From contig NC_043008.1 in assembly GCF_006345805.1 (NCBI RefSeq), positions 55,924,001 through 55,988,000 of the forward strand: a stretch of 64,000 nucleotides of DNA, in the 5' to 3' direction. The DNA is from Octopus sinensis. Lineage: Eukaryota. The stretch's first letter is position 1; each line of letters starts with the position of its first letter. A program made the translations under genes and the position numbers. Shown piece by piece: positions 1 through 13,468 of the stretch. The notes under the pieces are model-generated. The model ran no database searches, was not told the DNA's origin, and saw only the letters and a list, made by a program, of their open reading frames with translations.

Positions 1-1309
1 ATTATCTTAATATCTCTTTACATTTATTTTCTTTTTGATGTTAGAGTGTGGTTTTATAGAGACTTGGCTGCTATTTCTAAGCAGACGGAGCCTCCATGAA
101 GAGGCTTCCTCAATGGCTCTGTAAAGCACCATATGTTGTACAATTGACTGACATTGGAAGCCTTCCAGAAATCACAGGTTCTCTCATCAGGATATATTCC
201 TCCCCCTCCCCCAAGCCCCTGCCACACATTTGCGTATGATTCAGTGCTTATATTCCAACGAACATCTAGCTTTCTAAAACTGTGTTGTCTGCCATAAGTT
301 ACATTGTTAAATGTAAAAGGGATGTGTAGTACATACTGGTGTTTTTATGAATGAAACAAACCCTTGCCATATGTATTCACACACAGTAAGCAAGCACATG
401 GTTTGTGATCATTTGATTAAACATAATCTCATGTACTCGTTAGTATTTTTCTTCTCCAGTCGTTGCTAGCATTGGTATTAACTCTGATTTGTTTCAAATG
501 CTTAACTAAACTCTCAACCATTTAACTAAAAACTAGTCATCTTCAGATTTCATTTTGATGCTTTTTAAATTTCTATTTGCTTAGTTTAGTTATTTGCCTT
601 GTAATTAGGTTTGTTAATTAATTTGGTTATAAACTTCAGCTGTTTTTTCAAGCCTCAATGAATTATTTCACTTAACATATTTTGATGAGAATTATAATTG
701 TTCATGCAGGCATGCATACATATACATACATACATGCACACACGGACACACACACACACACAGAGGTTTTGTTAGTAAATGCTTAAAGGAGAATCTGGAT
801 AAACTGGGATTTTCAGAAAGAGAGACTGACCGGCTGATTCGTACATTACTAGTGCAATCTGTAAGTGGAACAGTAAAAATATGCAAGACTTTTCTAAAGT
901 TCCAAATGTGAATTTGTCTGTGTTAACTAAATCCCAAAGATGGAGCCTTGTATCTTAGTTGGAAACCGGTTCCCTCCTCGGTGGAAGATTTATAATAATT
1001 AAAAAAATAGAAGAGATATACATACACACACACACACAGATATGTGTGAGTGTGTTTCCTTGCCTTGATATCAGGCAGTAGTTGTAAACAAGTATCACCA
1101 TCATACAAGCAGTGTCCCTCATTTCCAATCTTCTGTGGAAACATGTTTGACCAGAGAAGATATTTATACTTTGCTTGGAAACAATATTAAGAATGGAGGT
1201 GACAAGTTCTCCTCCTGTCCCTCAAAATTTCAGGCCTTGTGCCTATAGTAGAAAAAAGAAAATTTTGGGGTCAGGAACTATCTTGGATAACTTCCAGAAA
1301 TTTCTGGCC

Positions 1310-1800
1310 TGGCACTGCTACTGAGAAGCACTGCTGGTTTGAGATAAACTGTACAGGCACAGAAGCGCTCCTACTCACATGTAGGAAGAATCCAGCTACT
1401 GGCCAAATCGATTGTGAAAATTGCTCCATCACCCATATTTTATGAAGCTGGGCACACACTGTGCCTCTGCCTAGTGGTTATGGCAGAAGAGGTTGTGTGG
1501 TGGACGAGGCTGAAAGGATTGAAGAAAGACACCTCGTTAGTCAAGTCCCCATCAATTTGTTCTACTAGGAAGGGAAAATGAAGTTGGTGAAGGAAGTGGT
1601 ACCTCCCATTGAATTTGTGAAGTAATGGATGACTGTGGCAAAAATGGTTTGAGTGAATCGCCCTACTTTAAGTCTACACTTGTAAATAGAACAACAGCTG
1701 GGCAAAGGCTTGTGTCTTTGGTGGTCTAGTTAATCCTGGATCTCTAGGGTTCCTTAATTGGTCCTAGTTGGACGGCCTCCTGTATCATACTTTGTATGCC
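1310..1800 (+). mobile_element. Degenerate L1/Tx1-like LINE ORF2 3' remnant
   Basis: A largely open frame reads SHVGRIQLLAKSIVKIAPSP..CLVVMAEEVVWWTRLKGL and later EFVK*WMTVAKMV, resembling the post-zinc-knuckle tail of Tx1-type ORF2 (recognition only). Confidence 0.4.
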
Positions 1801-1934
1801 ATTTATACTTTTATCTCATTTCACTGCCTTTTCCCTTTCTTTCTTTGATAAAATAAGTACCTTGAAATCACCAAAATTTGAAACCATTATTACCTTAAAA
1901 TCTCTGTGCCAAAATTTGAAATTACTACTACTAC

Positions 1935-1992
<58 letters not shown>
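1935..1992. repeat. (TTA)n microsatellite
   Basis: Seen directly. Confidence 0.95.
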
Positions 1993-1993
<1 letters not shown>

Positions 1994-2899
1994 CGTTATC
2001 ATCATTTTACCTTTTATTTATTTATTTTTTTGCTTAAGAAACGTTTTGATGGAATGACCATTTTTATTCTTTTGTCCCTGGGACTTCATTATTTAATGGG
2101 TCCTTCTTCGTTTTAAGATTACTAGTGGTGATTTAAGAGGATTTTTCTGTTGTTCCTAGCCTGTTCAACGTCTTACGTAGTATTACTATAAAGATGAGAG
2201 TAATTCCATTGTTTGTGGTTCCATTTTTTTGTATCCATCCACGGTTGTAGGTTACTTCACTTACCTGAAGGAAATAAAATGATCTGACTACTGTCCCCTT
2301 CATTGCGTGTATTCCATAAGCCTTTCCTTCCTCATTCTATAGACTTCATGCCTGTAATGTAAAAAAAAAAGCAGAGCTGGTTTTTTATCACTTTTTTCAT
2401 TCAAGGGTCTATATCTAAAAATGAAACAAAAAAAAAATCTATAGCCATTGATGAAATATAGGATTGGGGGTGGGTGTATGTATGTACCTTATTGTGTCAG
2501 TCATTGTATGTATGTATGTATATGTGCATGTGTGTGACTGTGTGTGACTTTGTCTGTGCATGTGACTGTGTGCGTGCATGTCACTGTGTGTCAGTGTGAC
2601 CCTGCTGTCCTACATCACTGACATTTCAGCATCTCATGACAGGCTTACACTTCAATCAGCAACTTCCCTGCCTCTCCATCCATCCATTCATTCATTCATT
2701 CAGTCATTCAATCAAACAACAACAACAACAACAACAGCAGCAGCAACAACAGCAGCAGCAACAATAACACTGAATGAAAACCACTTTTCCTGATTCCTTT
2801 CTTACTTTCCATATTTATATTTTTATTGTTCATTTCTTCCCCACCCTCGCCACATTCGTTTTCTGCATCACAGTCTTTCTCCTGGTTTTCTATTATTAC

Positions 2900-3600
2900 T
2901 CCCACCTCTTTCTCTCTCTCTCTATCTCTCTCTCTCAACCTTTCTCTCTCTCTCAACCTTTCTCTCTCTCTCAACCTTTCTCTCTCTCTCAACCTTTCTC
3001 TCTCTCTCAACTTTCTCTCTCTCTCAACTTTTTCTCTTTATCTATTTCTCCTGTTTCTTCCATCTCTTTCTCTCTCCCCTTCTCTTTCTTCCTCTCTCTT
3101 ACTCTCTCATTCCTTCTCTTCTCTCCCTCTCTCCCTATCTCTTTATTTCTCATTTCCTTATTCTCTCTATTGTCTCTCCTTAATTCTTTCTTTCTCTCTC
3201 TCTCTCTCTCTCTCAACCTTTCTCCCTTTTTCTCTTTATCTATTTCTCCTGCTTCTTCCATCTCTTTCTCTCTCTTCCTCTCTCTCACTCTCATTCTTTC
3301 TCTTCTCTCTCTCCCTCTCTCCATTATTCTTTGTTTCTCATTTCCTTATTCTCTCTTGTCTCTCCTTAATTCTTTCTTTCTCTCTCTCTCTCTCAAACCT
3401 TTCTCCCTTTTTCTCTTTATCTATTTCTCCTGCTTCTTTCATTTCTTTCTCTCTCTCTTTCTGTCTCTTTCTTCCTCTCACTCTCTCATTCTTTCTCTTC
3501 TCTCCCTCCCTCTCTCCATCATTCTTTTTCTCATTTCCTTATTCTTTCTATTGTCTCCTTAATTCTTTCTTTCTCTCTATCCCCCTCTCCCCCTCTCCTA
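2900..3600. repeat. Polypyrimidine satellite with higher-order structure
   Basis: About 20-bp unit ctctctctctcaaccttt x5, then three degenerate copies of an approximately 185-bp CT unit. Confidence 0.8.
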
Positions 3601-4147
3601 TTGTTGTTGTTATTTATTCCCTATTTCCTTCATGCTTTCAACCTTTCTTCTGTATTTTCCATGAAAGTTTTTCTTTGTTACCAACATTCAGCTTCTTTGT
3701 GGTTGTTCTGTCTGTTAGAAATGGCAACCCATCTTTTTTTTTAAAAAAAAAGAAGAAAGGACACATTAGACTATGTAGTTCTTGATTTATCAAACTGTAC
3801 TGGATGGTTATGGGTGGAACCTCTTTCACTGTACCTCTCCTCAATCAATACTGACCACTACTTGTTACTGCACCACGTGTATGTGGGGCGTGATTTGAAG
3901 GAGATTTGGCTGCTGCTTCTAGTAAATCAAATGACTGCGTGAAGCAGTGGTTCCTTAACCTGTGTGGTGTGTGTGTTTCCCCAGGATTGTTACTAGCTGA
4001 CAAGGGGGTACCATAGCAGGTGCTGGGTGTTTAGAGGAGTTTCGATTTTCCTTTGGAATAAAATATTCAGGCCAGATACCATACTCATCACCACTGTTGA
4101 CAACAAAGTTCTTTTCCTCCCAAGATCATCATCATCCTCCTAATCTT

Positions 4148-4178
<31 letters not shown>

Positions 4179-4534
4179 CCCCCCCCCCCCCACCACCACC
4201 ACCACCACCACCATCATCATCATCCTTTTCCATGCTTGCCTAAATCAGATGGAATTTGTTGAGGTGGTTTTTTTCCCCCTATGGCTGGGTACCCTACTTG
4301 TTGCCAATTTTCATTTGTTTCCAAGTAAGGTAATATCTCACTATAGCCAGACATGTTTTCACAGAAGATTGAAAACAAAGGACAGGGCTTGCATGGCATG
4401 ATGGTGAGACTTCACATGGCACCTACATGGCACCTTAAGCAAATGTCTTCTACTATACCCTTGGGTTATCCCAAGCTTTGTGAGTGGATATGGTAGACAG
4501 AAACTGTGTGGAAGTTCTTTGTATATATATGTAT

Positions 4535-4770
4535 AAAAAGGCGGCGAGCTGGCAGAAATGTTAGCAAGCCGGGCGAAATCCTTTGCGGTATTTCGTCTAC
4601 CGTTACGTTCTGAGTTCAAATTCCGCCGAGGTCGACTTTGCCTATCATCCTTTCGGGGTCGATTAAATAAGTACCAGTTACGCACTGGGGTCGATATAAT
4701 CGACTTAATCCATTTGTCTGTCCTTGTTTGTCCCCTCTATGTTTAGCTGCTTGCTGGCAGTAAAGATATA
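4535..4770 (+). mobile_element. SINE family C (central gcctttcatcctttcggggtcgat, Nin/Deu-domain-like)
   Basis: ggcggcgagctggcagaa head, gagttcaaattcc B box; 32-bp TSD at 4499-4530 and 4771-4802. Confidence 0.85.
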
Positions 4771-4791
4771 AGAAACTCTGTGGAAGTTCTT

Positions 4792-4927
<136 letters not shown>

Positions 4928-5039
4928 ATGTATGTGTATGTATGTATATATTTTGCTTCAAATTTGTGTGAATGTGTATAGAATATCATTTGAATAAATT
5001 AAAACATGATCTGGTTTTCACGTTTTTTACTTTCTTCTT

Positions 5040-5660
5040 TTATAATATCTTTAACACACATCTCTCTTTCATTTTCTTAGCTATGTTTCCTGTGGCTATT
5101 TTCGATATCGCCTTGATAAATATTGTCCACCGTTTTGTATTTTGTCTTGAATCGATACTCTTTATTTAGATTGACATCGATGTCTGTCCTCAATTTTAAC
5201 ATAATCAGCACCCATCTCAGTTTTGCTTCTTCCTCTGGTTCTATAATTCCTTTAATTAAGAATTTACGGGGAAGTATGGACATGTCTGACTCAATCCAAT
5301 CTGTGTATATCTCAGCATATTTTTTTACATTTGTACGCCTTCCAAAAATTCCACTTACGTATATTAAAATGGTTTTTCCATGTCATCCAAATTTGTTATC
5401 AGTTTTGTTAGGCTTCATTTTCTAAATTTGTTTTGTTAAGTTGCTGTATCCATGCTGGCTGTGTTGGGCTTTCCCCTGGACTTTTTTTTTTTACCCACTT
5501 CTGATAGGGTCTCTTTGATTTCTATATGTAGATTTCGTACATATACTTTTCTTATCTGTCAATTGTTTTGTTTTCAGTTCCTGTAGGATAGCTGTTTGTG
5601 TTTCCATTATTGAGATAAGTGTTGATAATTTGTGCAATATCTCACATGATGTTGAGACAG
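5040..5660 (-). mobile_element. Possible degenerate LINE ORF1 remnant
   Basis: Fragments EILHKLSTLISIMETQTAILQELK (coiled-coil-like) and RKFLIKGIIEPEEEAKL (resembles the ORF1 RRM start); broken by stops and frameshifts. Confidence 0.25.
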
Positions 5661-5722
5661 AGACAATGACACACATATGCATGTGCACACGTGTGCGTGC
5701 ACACACACACACACAATCTCCC

Positions 5723-5755
<33 letters not shown>

Positions 5756-5984
5756 GCATACATCATGGGTTCCTTTCAGTTTATATCTATTAAATCTACT
5801 CATAAGGCTTTCGTCAGCCCGAGTCTATAGTGAAAGATGAATGCTTATCCAAATTGCCACACAGTAGGACTGAACCTGATACCATGTGACTGGGATACAA
5901 ACTTCTTACCACTCAGCCACACTTGTACCTATAACATTTTAAACAAATTTTCTGAAAAAATCTTTGTTGGGCTTAGAACATGAA

Positions 5985-6250
5985 TAAATAAATAATAAAT
6001 GTGCCCTTTTAAAGCCTAGCCAGGCTTATGGGCCCGGTTTCCCGGTTTCTATGGCATATGTGTTCCCTAGTTGGACGGGACGCCAGTCCATCACAGCGTT
6101 ACTCATTTTTGCCAGCTGAGTGGACTGGAGCAACGTGAAATGAAGTGTTTTGCTCAAGAACACAACGCGTCGCCCGGTCCAGGAATCGAAACCACAATCT
6201 TACGATCATGATGCTGACACCCTAACCACTAAGCCACGTGCCACCACACA
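5985..6250 (-). mobile_element. SINE family E (tRNA head, CORE/V-like body, AT-rich tail)
   Basis: Reverse complement of 56707-56971; contains gatggactggcgtcccgtcca. Confidence 0.85.
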
Positions 6251-6650
6251 TGAATAGAATGTTAGAACATGAATAGGATGTTGTATTATCAATAAGATAT
6301 TAAGCATGACTGACGATGTGTCAGAGTCTAATAAAATTTTGCTCTATAAGTCACCTCTCTTGTTCTTTAGTAATTTCCATAACAATTCAATAGAAGGTCA
6401 CTAAGCCATGAAAATGTCTAAAGAGAGGCACATGCTAAATGGAATAGTATAAAAACGCGGATAATAAACCTTTGTACAAAATTTGCATTTTTAATATTAT
6501 GCAAAACATGCGCAGGGGACATTTTGTAAAATACTATTTGGTGAAGGGCATGTATGCTGAACTACAAAAGGTTTAAGACCCACAGACAAAGGTTCCCTCG
6601 TTGGTTTATTTTTATGTGTTTTAAATGTCTTGGTTATGTTAATATATATA

Positions 6651-7048
6651 CTCTTTTACTCTTTTACTTGTTTCAGTCATTTGACTGCGGCCATGCTGGA
6701 GCACCATCTTTTAGTCGAGCAACTCGACCCCGGGACTTATTCTTTTTGTAAGCCCAGTACTTATTCTATCGGTCTCTTTTTGCCGAACCGCTAAGTGACG
6801 GGGACGTAAACACACCAGCATCGGTTGTCAGGCAATGCTCGGGGAACAAACACAGACACACAAACATATACACACACATACATATACATATATACGACGG
6901 GCTTCTTTCAGTTTCCGTCTACCAAATCCACTCACAAGGCTCGGGGCTATAGCAGAAGACACTTGCCCAAGATGCCACACAGTGGGACTGAACCTGGAAC
7001 CATGTGGTTGGTTAGCATGCTACTTACCACACAGCCACTCCTGCACCT
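6651..7048 (-). mobile_element. SINE family A (tRNA head, CORE-like segment, internal CA/TA linker, GTAAAAGA tail), near full length
   Basis: A box tggctgtgtgg and B box ggttcagtccc on the minus strand; tail abuts (TA)n. Confidence 0.88.
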
Positions 7049-7424
7049 ATATATATATATTAATTAAGCTGTAGCAACAAACTTTTCATTTTTTAAAATT
7101 TTTTGTAGAGGACATATTCGAGAGGTGTGTGTGTGTGGGGGGGGAAGATTATTTTCTTCAGTTGCAATATATAAAGATTAAATTTAAACAAAAATTTATT
7201 TATACAAATAAACACTGCTTATGATATATTTGTAAACGAAAACATATTTTAAGATTAAAAGTCCATGACGCTCACTTCCTCTTTTGATAAGATATACTGA
7301 GAGATTCTGGTAATTCTATAACTAGCTATATCTTTATCAAATATTTCTTGATTAGGTGTCTTAAATCTCTGCATAAAAAAAAATACAGAAAAAACACCTA
7401 GAATTATATTGCTATAACATCTGC

Positions 7425-7543
7425 TCTCTCTCTCTCTCTCTACCTACCTATCTATCCATCTATCTATCCATCTATCTATCCATCTATCTATCTATCTTCT
7501 ATCTATCTATCTATCTTTCTATCTATCTATCTATCTATCATCT

Positions 7544-7600
<57 letters not shown>

Positions 7601-7739
7601 GTATCTATCCATCCATCCATCCATCATCCATCCATCATCCATCCATCCATCCATCATCCATCCATCCATCCATCCATCCATCCATCTATCTATCTATCTA
7701 TCTATATATCTATCTATCTATCTATCTATCTATCCATCC

Positions 7740-7782
<43 letters not shown>
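7425..7782. repeat. Compound (CT)/(TATC)/(CATC)/(TA) microsatellite
   Basis: Seen directly. Confidence 0.95.
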
Positions 7783-7788
<6 letters not shown>

Positions 7789-7789
7789 T

Positions 7790-7995
7790 AATTCTTTCTA
7801 CTATTGGTACAAAACTTAGTAATTTTGGGGTAGGGGACAAGCCAAATACATCAACCCTAGTGCTGTCAACTGATACTTGTAGACTTTGAAAGGATGAAAG
7901 GCAAAGTTCACCTTGGTGGAATTTGAACTCAGAATGTAAAGCTGGAAGAAATGGCACTAAGCATTTTGCCTTCAATACTAATGATTCTGCTAGTT
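7790..7995 (-). mobile_element. SINE family C, diverged
   Basis: gaaaggatgaaaggcaaagt...aatttgaactcagaa. Confidence 0.7.
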
Positions 7996-8094
7996 CCCTG
8001 CTGTAATATATCTTAAATTATAAGAACAAGAATGTATGTTTATATGTGTGTGTGTTTTTGTGTGTGTATACATATACATATATATATAACACCA

Positions 8095-8325
8095 TTTGAG
8101 CATGGCTGTTGTCACTACTGCCTGACTGGCCGTTATGCCAGTGGCACGTAAAAGAACCCACTATACTCTCAGAGTGGTTGGCGTTAGGAAGGGCATCCAG
8201 CTATAGAAACTTTGCCAGATCAGATTGGAGCCTGGTGCAGCCATCTGGTTCGCCAGTCCTCAGTCAAATCGTCCAACTCATGCCAGCATGGAAAGCAGAT
8301 GTTAAACGATGATGATGATGATGAT
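8095..8325 (+). mobile_element. Family B retroposon (RTE-related, GAT tail)
   Basis: ggcgttaggaagggcatccagct core; ends ttaaacgatgatgat. Confidence 0.8.
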
Positions 8326-8500
8326 GAATTAAATAAATAAATGGCTGTGTGGTAAGAAGTTTGCTTCCCCAACCACATGGTTTCAAGTTCAGTCCCATTG
8401 TATAGCACCTTAAACGAATGTTTTCTACTATAGCTTTGAGCCAACCAAAGCTTTGTGAATGGATTTGGTCAATGGAAAGTGTGTGTGTGTGTGTGTGTGT

Positions 8501-8907
8501 TTTTACGTTTTACTTGTATCAGTCTTTGGACTGCAGCCATGTTGGGACACTGCTTCAAAGGGCTTAGTTGAACAAATCAACCCCAATACTTATTATTATT
8601 ATTCTTTTTTGAAAGCCTGATACTTATCATATTGGTGCCTTTTACTGAACTGTTAAGTTATGGGGATGTAAACAAACTAACATTGATTGTCAGGCCGTGG
8701 TGAGGGACAAACAGTAATTAGTAAACCATGCATACATACATGTCTGTATGAATGCATAACAAGCTTCTTTCAGTTTTGTCTACAAGGCTTTGGTCACCCT
8801 GGGGCTATGTTATAGAAGACACTTGCCCACTGTGTTATGCAGTGAGACTGAACTCAAGACCTCATCGTCAGGAAGCAAACTTCTTGCTACACAGCCATGC
8901 CTGCACC

Positions 8908-8908
<1 letters not shown>
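8501..8908 (-). mobile_element. SINE family A, diverged
   Basis: Same modules as 6651-7048. Confidence 0.75.
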
Positions 8909-8962
<54 letters not shown>

Positions 8963-9076
8963 AAATATATAAATAGATATACACATTACATGTATATATG
9001 TATATATATGTGTGTGTGTGTGTGTGTGTGGATATACATATGTATATATATATATGTGTGGATATATATATATATG

Positions 9077-9125
<49 letters not shown>

Positions 9126-10564
9126 TATATCCACACACACACACACACACACACGTATTTGTTTGCTTATTTGTTGAAAGAAGTAAAGTATTTAATTATT
9201 CTTCTGTCATGTCATTCTCTGTGAAGTGCTGGTATTCTCTTCTAAATTTTCTTTAATTACCATTAATTAGATGAGTCGGGTCATCTAATGTAGTTCTCTC
9301 ACCTAATTTTCTTCACACCAAACCAAACCAAATATCTGACGTTTTGTGATGGCAGACTTTTTCTTGACTGTCACACACATTCTTTAACCGCATTCCTTAA
9401 AGAGAAGGAAGGGACTTTGTCACTTGTTCTTTTTCTGGTTTCCGTCTTTGGACTGGGACCATTTTAGCACCCTGCCTCCATGCATCTTTGGCACGGTCCT
9501 GTGGCCATGATGAGATGCCATCTTTTAAGGGCGTCTGTTAGTTATATTCATTCCAGTGTTTCGTTTTTGGTGCTTATTTTATCCACCTCGTTAGAGATGA
9601 CATGCTTAATGTTGGCATAGAGGGATGTAGCTAGGATGGAACTTGAGACCACTCTAATTTCAAAGTGTGCAAGTACATGCCCACATGCACACACATACAC
9701 AAACACACACTCTTTATGGACTTCTGTACAGTTTTTGTCAACCACGTTTGCTACCTAAGGTTTCATGCAGTGGGAGTCAAACCCAGAGCTATACAGTTCT
9801 TAACCACAAACAACCAAACCTAGATATGTGAAAAGGAAACCAGTTGTCCCCTTTTACTGGTTTCAGTTATTGGACTGTGGCCATGCTGGTGCATTTCATG
9901 TAGAGTTGATTATATCAACCACACTACTCATGTACTTGTTTAGCCCCAGAAATTGAGGGTAAGATTTAAAGCAAACTTAGCTGTTATTTCTAGCTTGTTG
10001 AGTGACCTTAGAAAAGTTTGTTTGTTGACTTGACCTACTTCTTGAAGGATTAAAGTTAGTATACTTGGGCAGGATTTGACTGGAGACAACAAGGACACTG
10101 ATTATGATTTGAGGGGAATTTGGCTGCTATTTCTAGCTGTTTAAGTGACCTCAGAGAGAAATATGTTTGTTGATTCAAGTCGCGACCTATTTTATTGACC
10201 TTGAAGTATGAAAGTTTGTCGACCTTGGTTGGATCTGAATACAGACACAGCGAGGACTTTAGCAAAATGTTTCATGATATTTTGTCCCTTGCTCCCTCAA
10301 TTTTCCCATTACCCTGCTGCTACCATTGTCTGGCATCAATGTTACCAAGAAATATGATAATGGTGCAGAGCTTCTATCAGAACCCGTAGGTCACCTAAAT
10401 CTTTCAGAAATGTTAAACTTCTGTGTTCTGATGTTTCAGTGAATCAGATATAGCAGAGCTGTTGTTGCTGTTGTTGTTTAACCTTGATCAAGACAATCCA
10501 ACTATGCCCATCCAATTTGAAAAAAAATAAAAGAGATTCTTCAGATATAATTTTCCCTGAATTC

Positions 10565-10790
10565 ATCATCATCATCATCATCGTCATCATCATCGTCATC
10601 ACCATCATTTAATGTCTGTTTTCCATGCTGGCATGGGTTGGATGTTTCAGCAGGTTCTGATGATCCAAAGGGCTGTGTTGGGCTCCAGTGTTTGCTTTGG
10701 TTGGATCCCTCCCACCTCCTAATGCCAACCATTTTGCAGAGTGTACTGGGTGCTTTTTTTTAACGTGACGCCTGCACTAGTGAGGTCATC
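10565..10790 (-). mobile_element. Family B retroposon, diverged
   Basis: (CAT)n followed by ttttccatgctggcatgggttgga. Confidence 0.7.
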
Positions 10791-11230
10791 AAGTACTCGC
10801 AGGGCAAGAACCTTCAAGTGATGGTGAAAGAATGATTGAGGAAGGACAGATCAGGAACATTTTGTAATATGTTCACCCTTCCTTTTTTTCTAAGAGAGCA
10901 AAAATGTGTTTTGAGAGAGAGATAATTGCTGTCTTTAGCAGGCCAAGTGACCATATAAACACTCTCGTTGTAGTAGTAGTAGTAGTAGTAGTAGTAAGAG
11001 GAGGAAAAGGAAGAGGAGGAGGAGGAGTGGGAAAATGATTAAGCAAGAAGTATGGAGATAGTAGCCAAATGTTAGACTAAATTGTATGAATGCCTTTTTT
11101 TGTCGTATATATGCACAAGTATGTTTAATTATGAGTTCGAGTCTCGTGGCTGACAACTGGCAAATTTTTCTGCAATATAAGGATAATCTATCCCATACAT
11201 GATGTTCAGCATTATTCTGCGTTCAAGAAT

Positions 11231-11287
<57 letters not shown>

Positions 11288-11406
11288 GCATATGTAAATG
11301 GAAAAAAATATATATTGTTGTCATCATCATCATCATCAGATGTTAAACGATGATGATGATATATATTTTTTCACATACATATGCATGTATATACATATTT
11401 CTCTCC

Positions 11407-11450
<44 letters not shown>

Positions 11451-11956
11451 TAGAGAGATAGATATATATATACATACATATATATATGCATATATATATA
11501 TATACATACACATATATATACATATATATGCATATATATATATATATAGTAGAGGAAATACTTATGTAATAAGATCTGTGTGATATTTACATCTGTTTTT
11601 ATATTGTCTTAAGTTGCTGGGGCTTTCAAAATTCTCAGTTCTTATTTCACTTCCCAGTTAGAGGCTGTGTCTTTGGCTACAGTGAATAGATTTGGAAGAG
11701 GTTGGGGAGAGTAATGAGGAAAAAATTGCATGGAGAAAGTTCTTATTTTGCCATGGCAACCAACCTGTTTTCTTTATTTAAAAACAAAAACAACTTATTG
11801 GCTGTATTGATAATGTTGTCTTTTATTTGACATGCAATGAAATACTTTGATGATGTGATATATTTCCATAACACAATGTATCTAATAGTTTGTTTCTCAT
11901 CTTATTTTCCAGGTCCTAATGAAAGAAGCACCGAGGAATTCTTGAGGAATATAAAT

Positions 11957-12061
11957 ATGATGTCAGTAATTAAATTTCAAGATAAAACAAATGAAAAGAG
12001 TCCTTTGAAGATGTCTTTGGCATCTCATCGGTGGAAAGACAAAATAAATCGGCTCTTGTAG
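11957..12061 (+). promoter_or_regulatory. Upstream ORF (34 aa) in frame with the myosin ATG; two further short out-of-frame uORFs at 11919-11945 and 11991-12008
   Basis: ATG 11957 ... TAG 12059-12061, same frame as ATG 12083. It depends on the 11913 acceptor being used. Confidence 0.55.
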
Positions 12062-12082
12062 ATAACGAAGAAACTCATCCAG

Positions 12083-12907
12083 ATGATGGATCTACATGGC
12101 ATTTGCCTCTATACGGGGCAGCTGAGCCTCGAAAATGACTTTATAACGGTGGAGGCAGAGAAAACCACCCTGGCAGCCGACGTCATCAAGATGGCTGTTA
12201 AAAAGTTAAAACTGGGCAACCCAGAAAATTTTGAAGTTGCCGAGGTCTTTTGTTCTGGTGGTCAGTTGTGCAAAGAAAGATGTGTGGATGCTACTGAGAA
12301 CCCGGTTCGCATCCAGCTACTATGGCCCAAAGTGCTCAACGAGGACAGTTATTCGAGTCAGGGCACAACTGGCTACCGATTTTATATTAGGAAAAAAGAT
12401 GTTGATTTTTCTAGTCGAAGTCTTTCTTGGTTAGATAACAGACATGCTAGCCCTGTCGATACTTTTCTTACAACATTCCTGAAGCAACCGACGAGCAACA
12501 AGGAGTACCCGGATTTGTGTAGTTTGCCAGATTTGAATGAGAAGACATTATTAGATAACATCAGGGCCAGGTTTTATAATGGAAACATCTACACCTATGT
12601 GGGATCAATTTTGATAGCAGTGAATCCATTTAAGTTTTTTCCAATTTACAACCCCAAATATGTTAAAATGTATCAGTATAAGTGGCTGGGAGATTTGCCA
12701 CCTCACATATTTGCTATAGCGGATGCTGCTTTTTCCACAATGTTACGGACTAGGAAAAACCAGTGTATTGTGATATCTGGAGAGTCGGGCTCAGGGAAAA
12801 CGGAAAGTACCAACTTACTTCTTCATCATTTAACTGCATTAAGTCAAAAAGGAAATCATGCTACTGGGGTAGAACAAACCATTCTTGGAGCAGGACCTGT
12901 GCTTGAG
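12083..12907 (+). CDS. MYO9: Unconventional myosin class IX, first coding exon (N-terminal Ras-association domain and start of motor domain)
   Basis: The ORF encodes an RA-like N-terminus followed by DLCSLPDLNEKTLL, IYTYVGSILIAVNPFKFFPIYNPKYVKMY, P-loop GESGSGKT and HHLTALSQKG...GAGPVLE, all characteristic of MYO9A/B. It ends in phase 0 at GAG|GTAAGG (donor 12908). The ORF-track residues after E (VRLTQ...) are intron read-through. Confidence 0.95.
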
Positions 12908-12981
12908 GTAAGGCTGACACAAATATTATCTTTTGTTTTCTAAAGTATTTGTGACACTCTTCATGTACACATGTTGGCCTC

Positions 12982-13027
<46 letters not shown>

Positions 13028-13227
13028 GTATTGTATTGTATTTGATGGCATGAAAAATACATGGGCATATTCAGGAAAAGGAGTTTTTAATGCATTAAAG
13101 CATGTAATACAGGACCCAGTTTTTGTATACAAATCATGGGGTGTGATTTCATTTTGGAATTTATAAAAAAACCCACCAAAAACACAGTATATCTTATGGG
13201 CCCTCAAATATGGTGTGTGTGTAAGTA

Positions 13228-13468
13228 TCATCATCATCATCATCATCATCATCATCGTTTAACGTCCGTTTTCCGCGCTAGCACGGGTTGGATGGTTTGA
13301 CCGGGGTCTGGGGAGCAGGGACTGCCCCAGGCTCCAGTCTGATCTGGCAGTTTTTTCTACAGCTGGATGCCCTTCCTAACGCCAACCACTCCGCGAGTGT
13401 AGTGGGTGCTTTTTACGTGCCACCTGCACAGGTGCCAGAGGGGTCTGGCATCGGCCACGATCGGTTAT
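13228..13468 (-). mobile_element. Family B retroposon
   Basis: (CAT)n-cgtttaacgtccg...ggatgcccttcctaacgcc. Confidence 0.85.

Larger units (their letters stand above)
11913..12907 (+). other. MYO9: Exon containing 5' leader plus first coding segment of MYO9-like gene
   Basis: Acceptor tgtttctcatcttattttccAG (AG 11911-11912); donor GTAAGG at 12908. Confidence 0.75.

Noticed and set aside
2774-3785. Long ORFs (262 and 319 aa) rich in Leu/Ser
   Set aside because: Translations of the CT satellite; no domain content. The same applies to the many CV/YI/HT/RE-repeat ORFs in the track.
11837-11912. ATG 11837 of the 74-aa ORF
   Set aside because: It lies upstream of the predicted acceptor (11912), so it is probably intronic; only the part from 11913 is considered.
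12908-12943. C-terminal VRLTQILSFVF of the myosin ORF
   Set aside because: Intron read-through past the GTAAGG donor.
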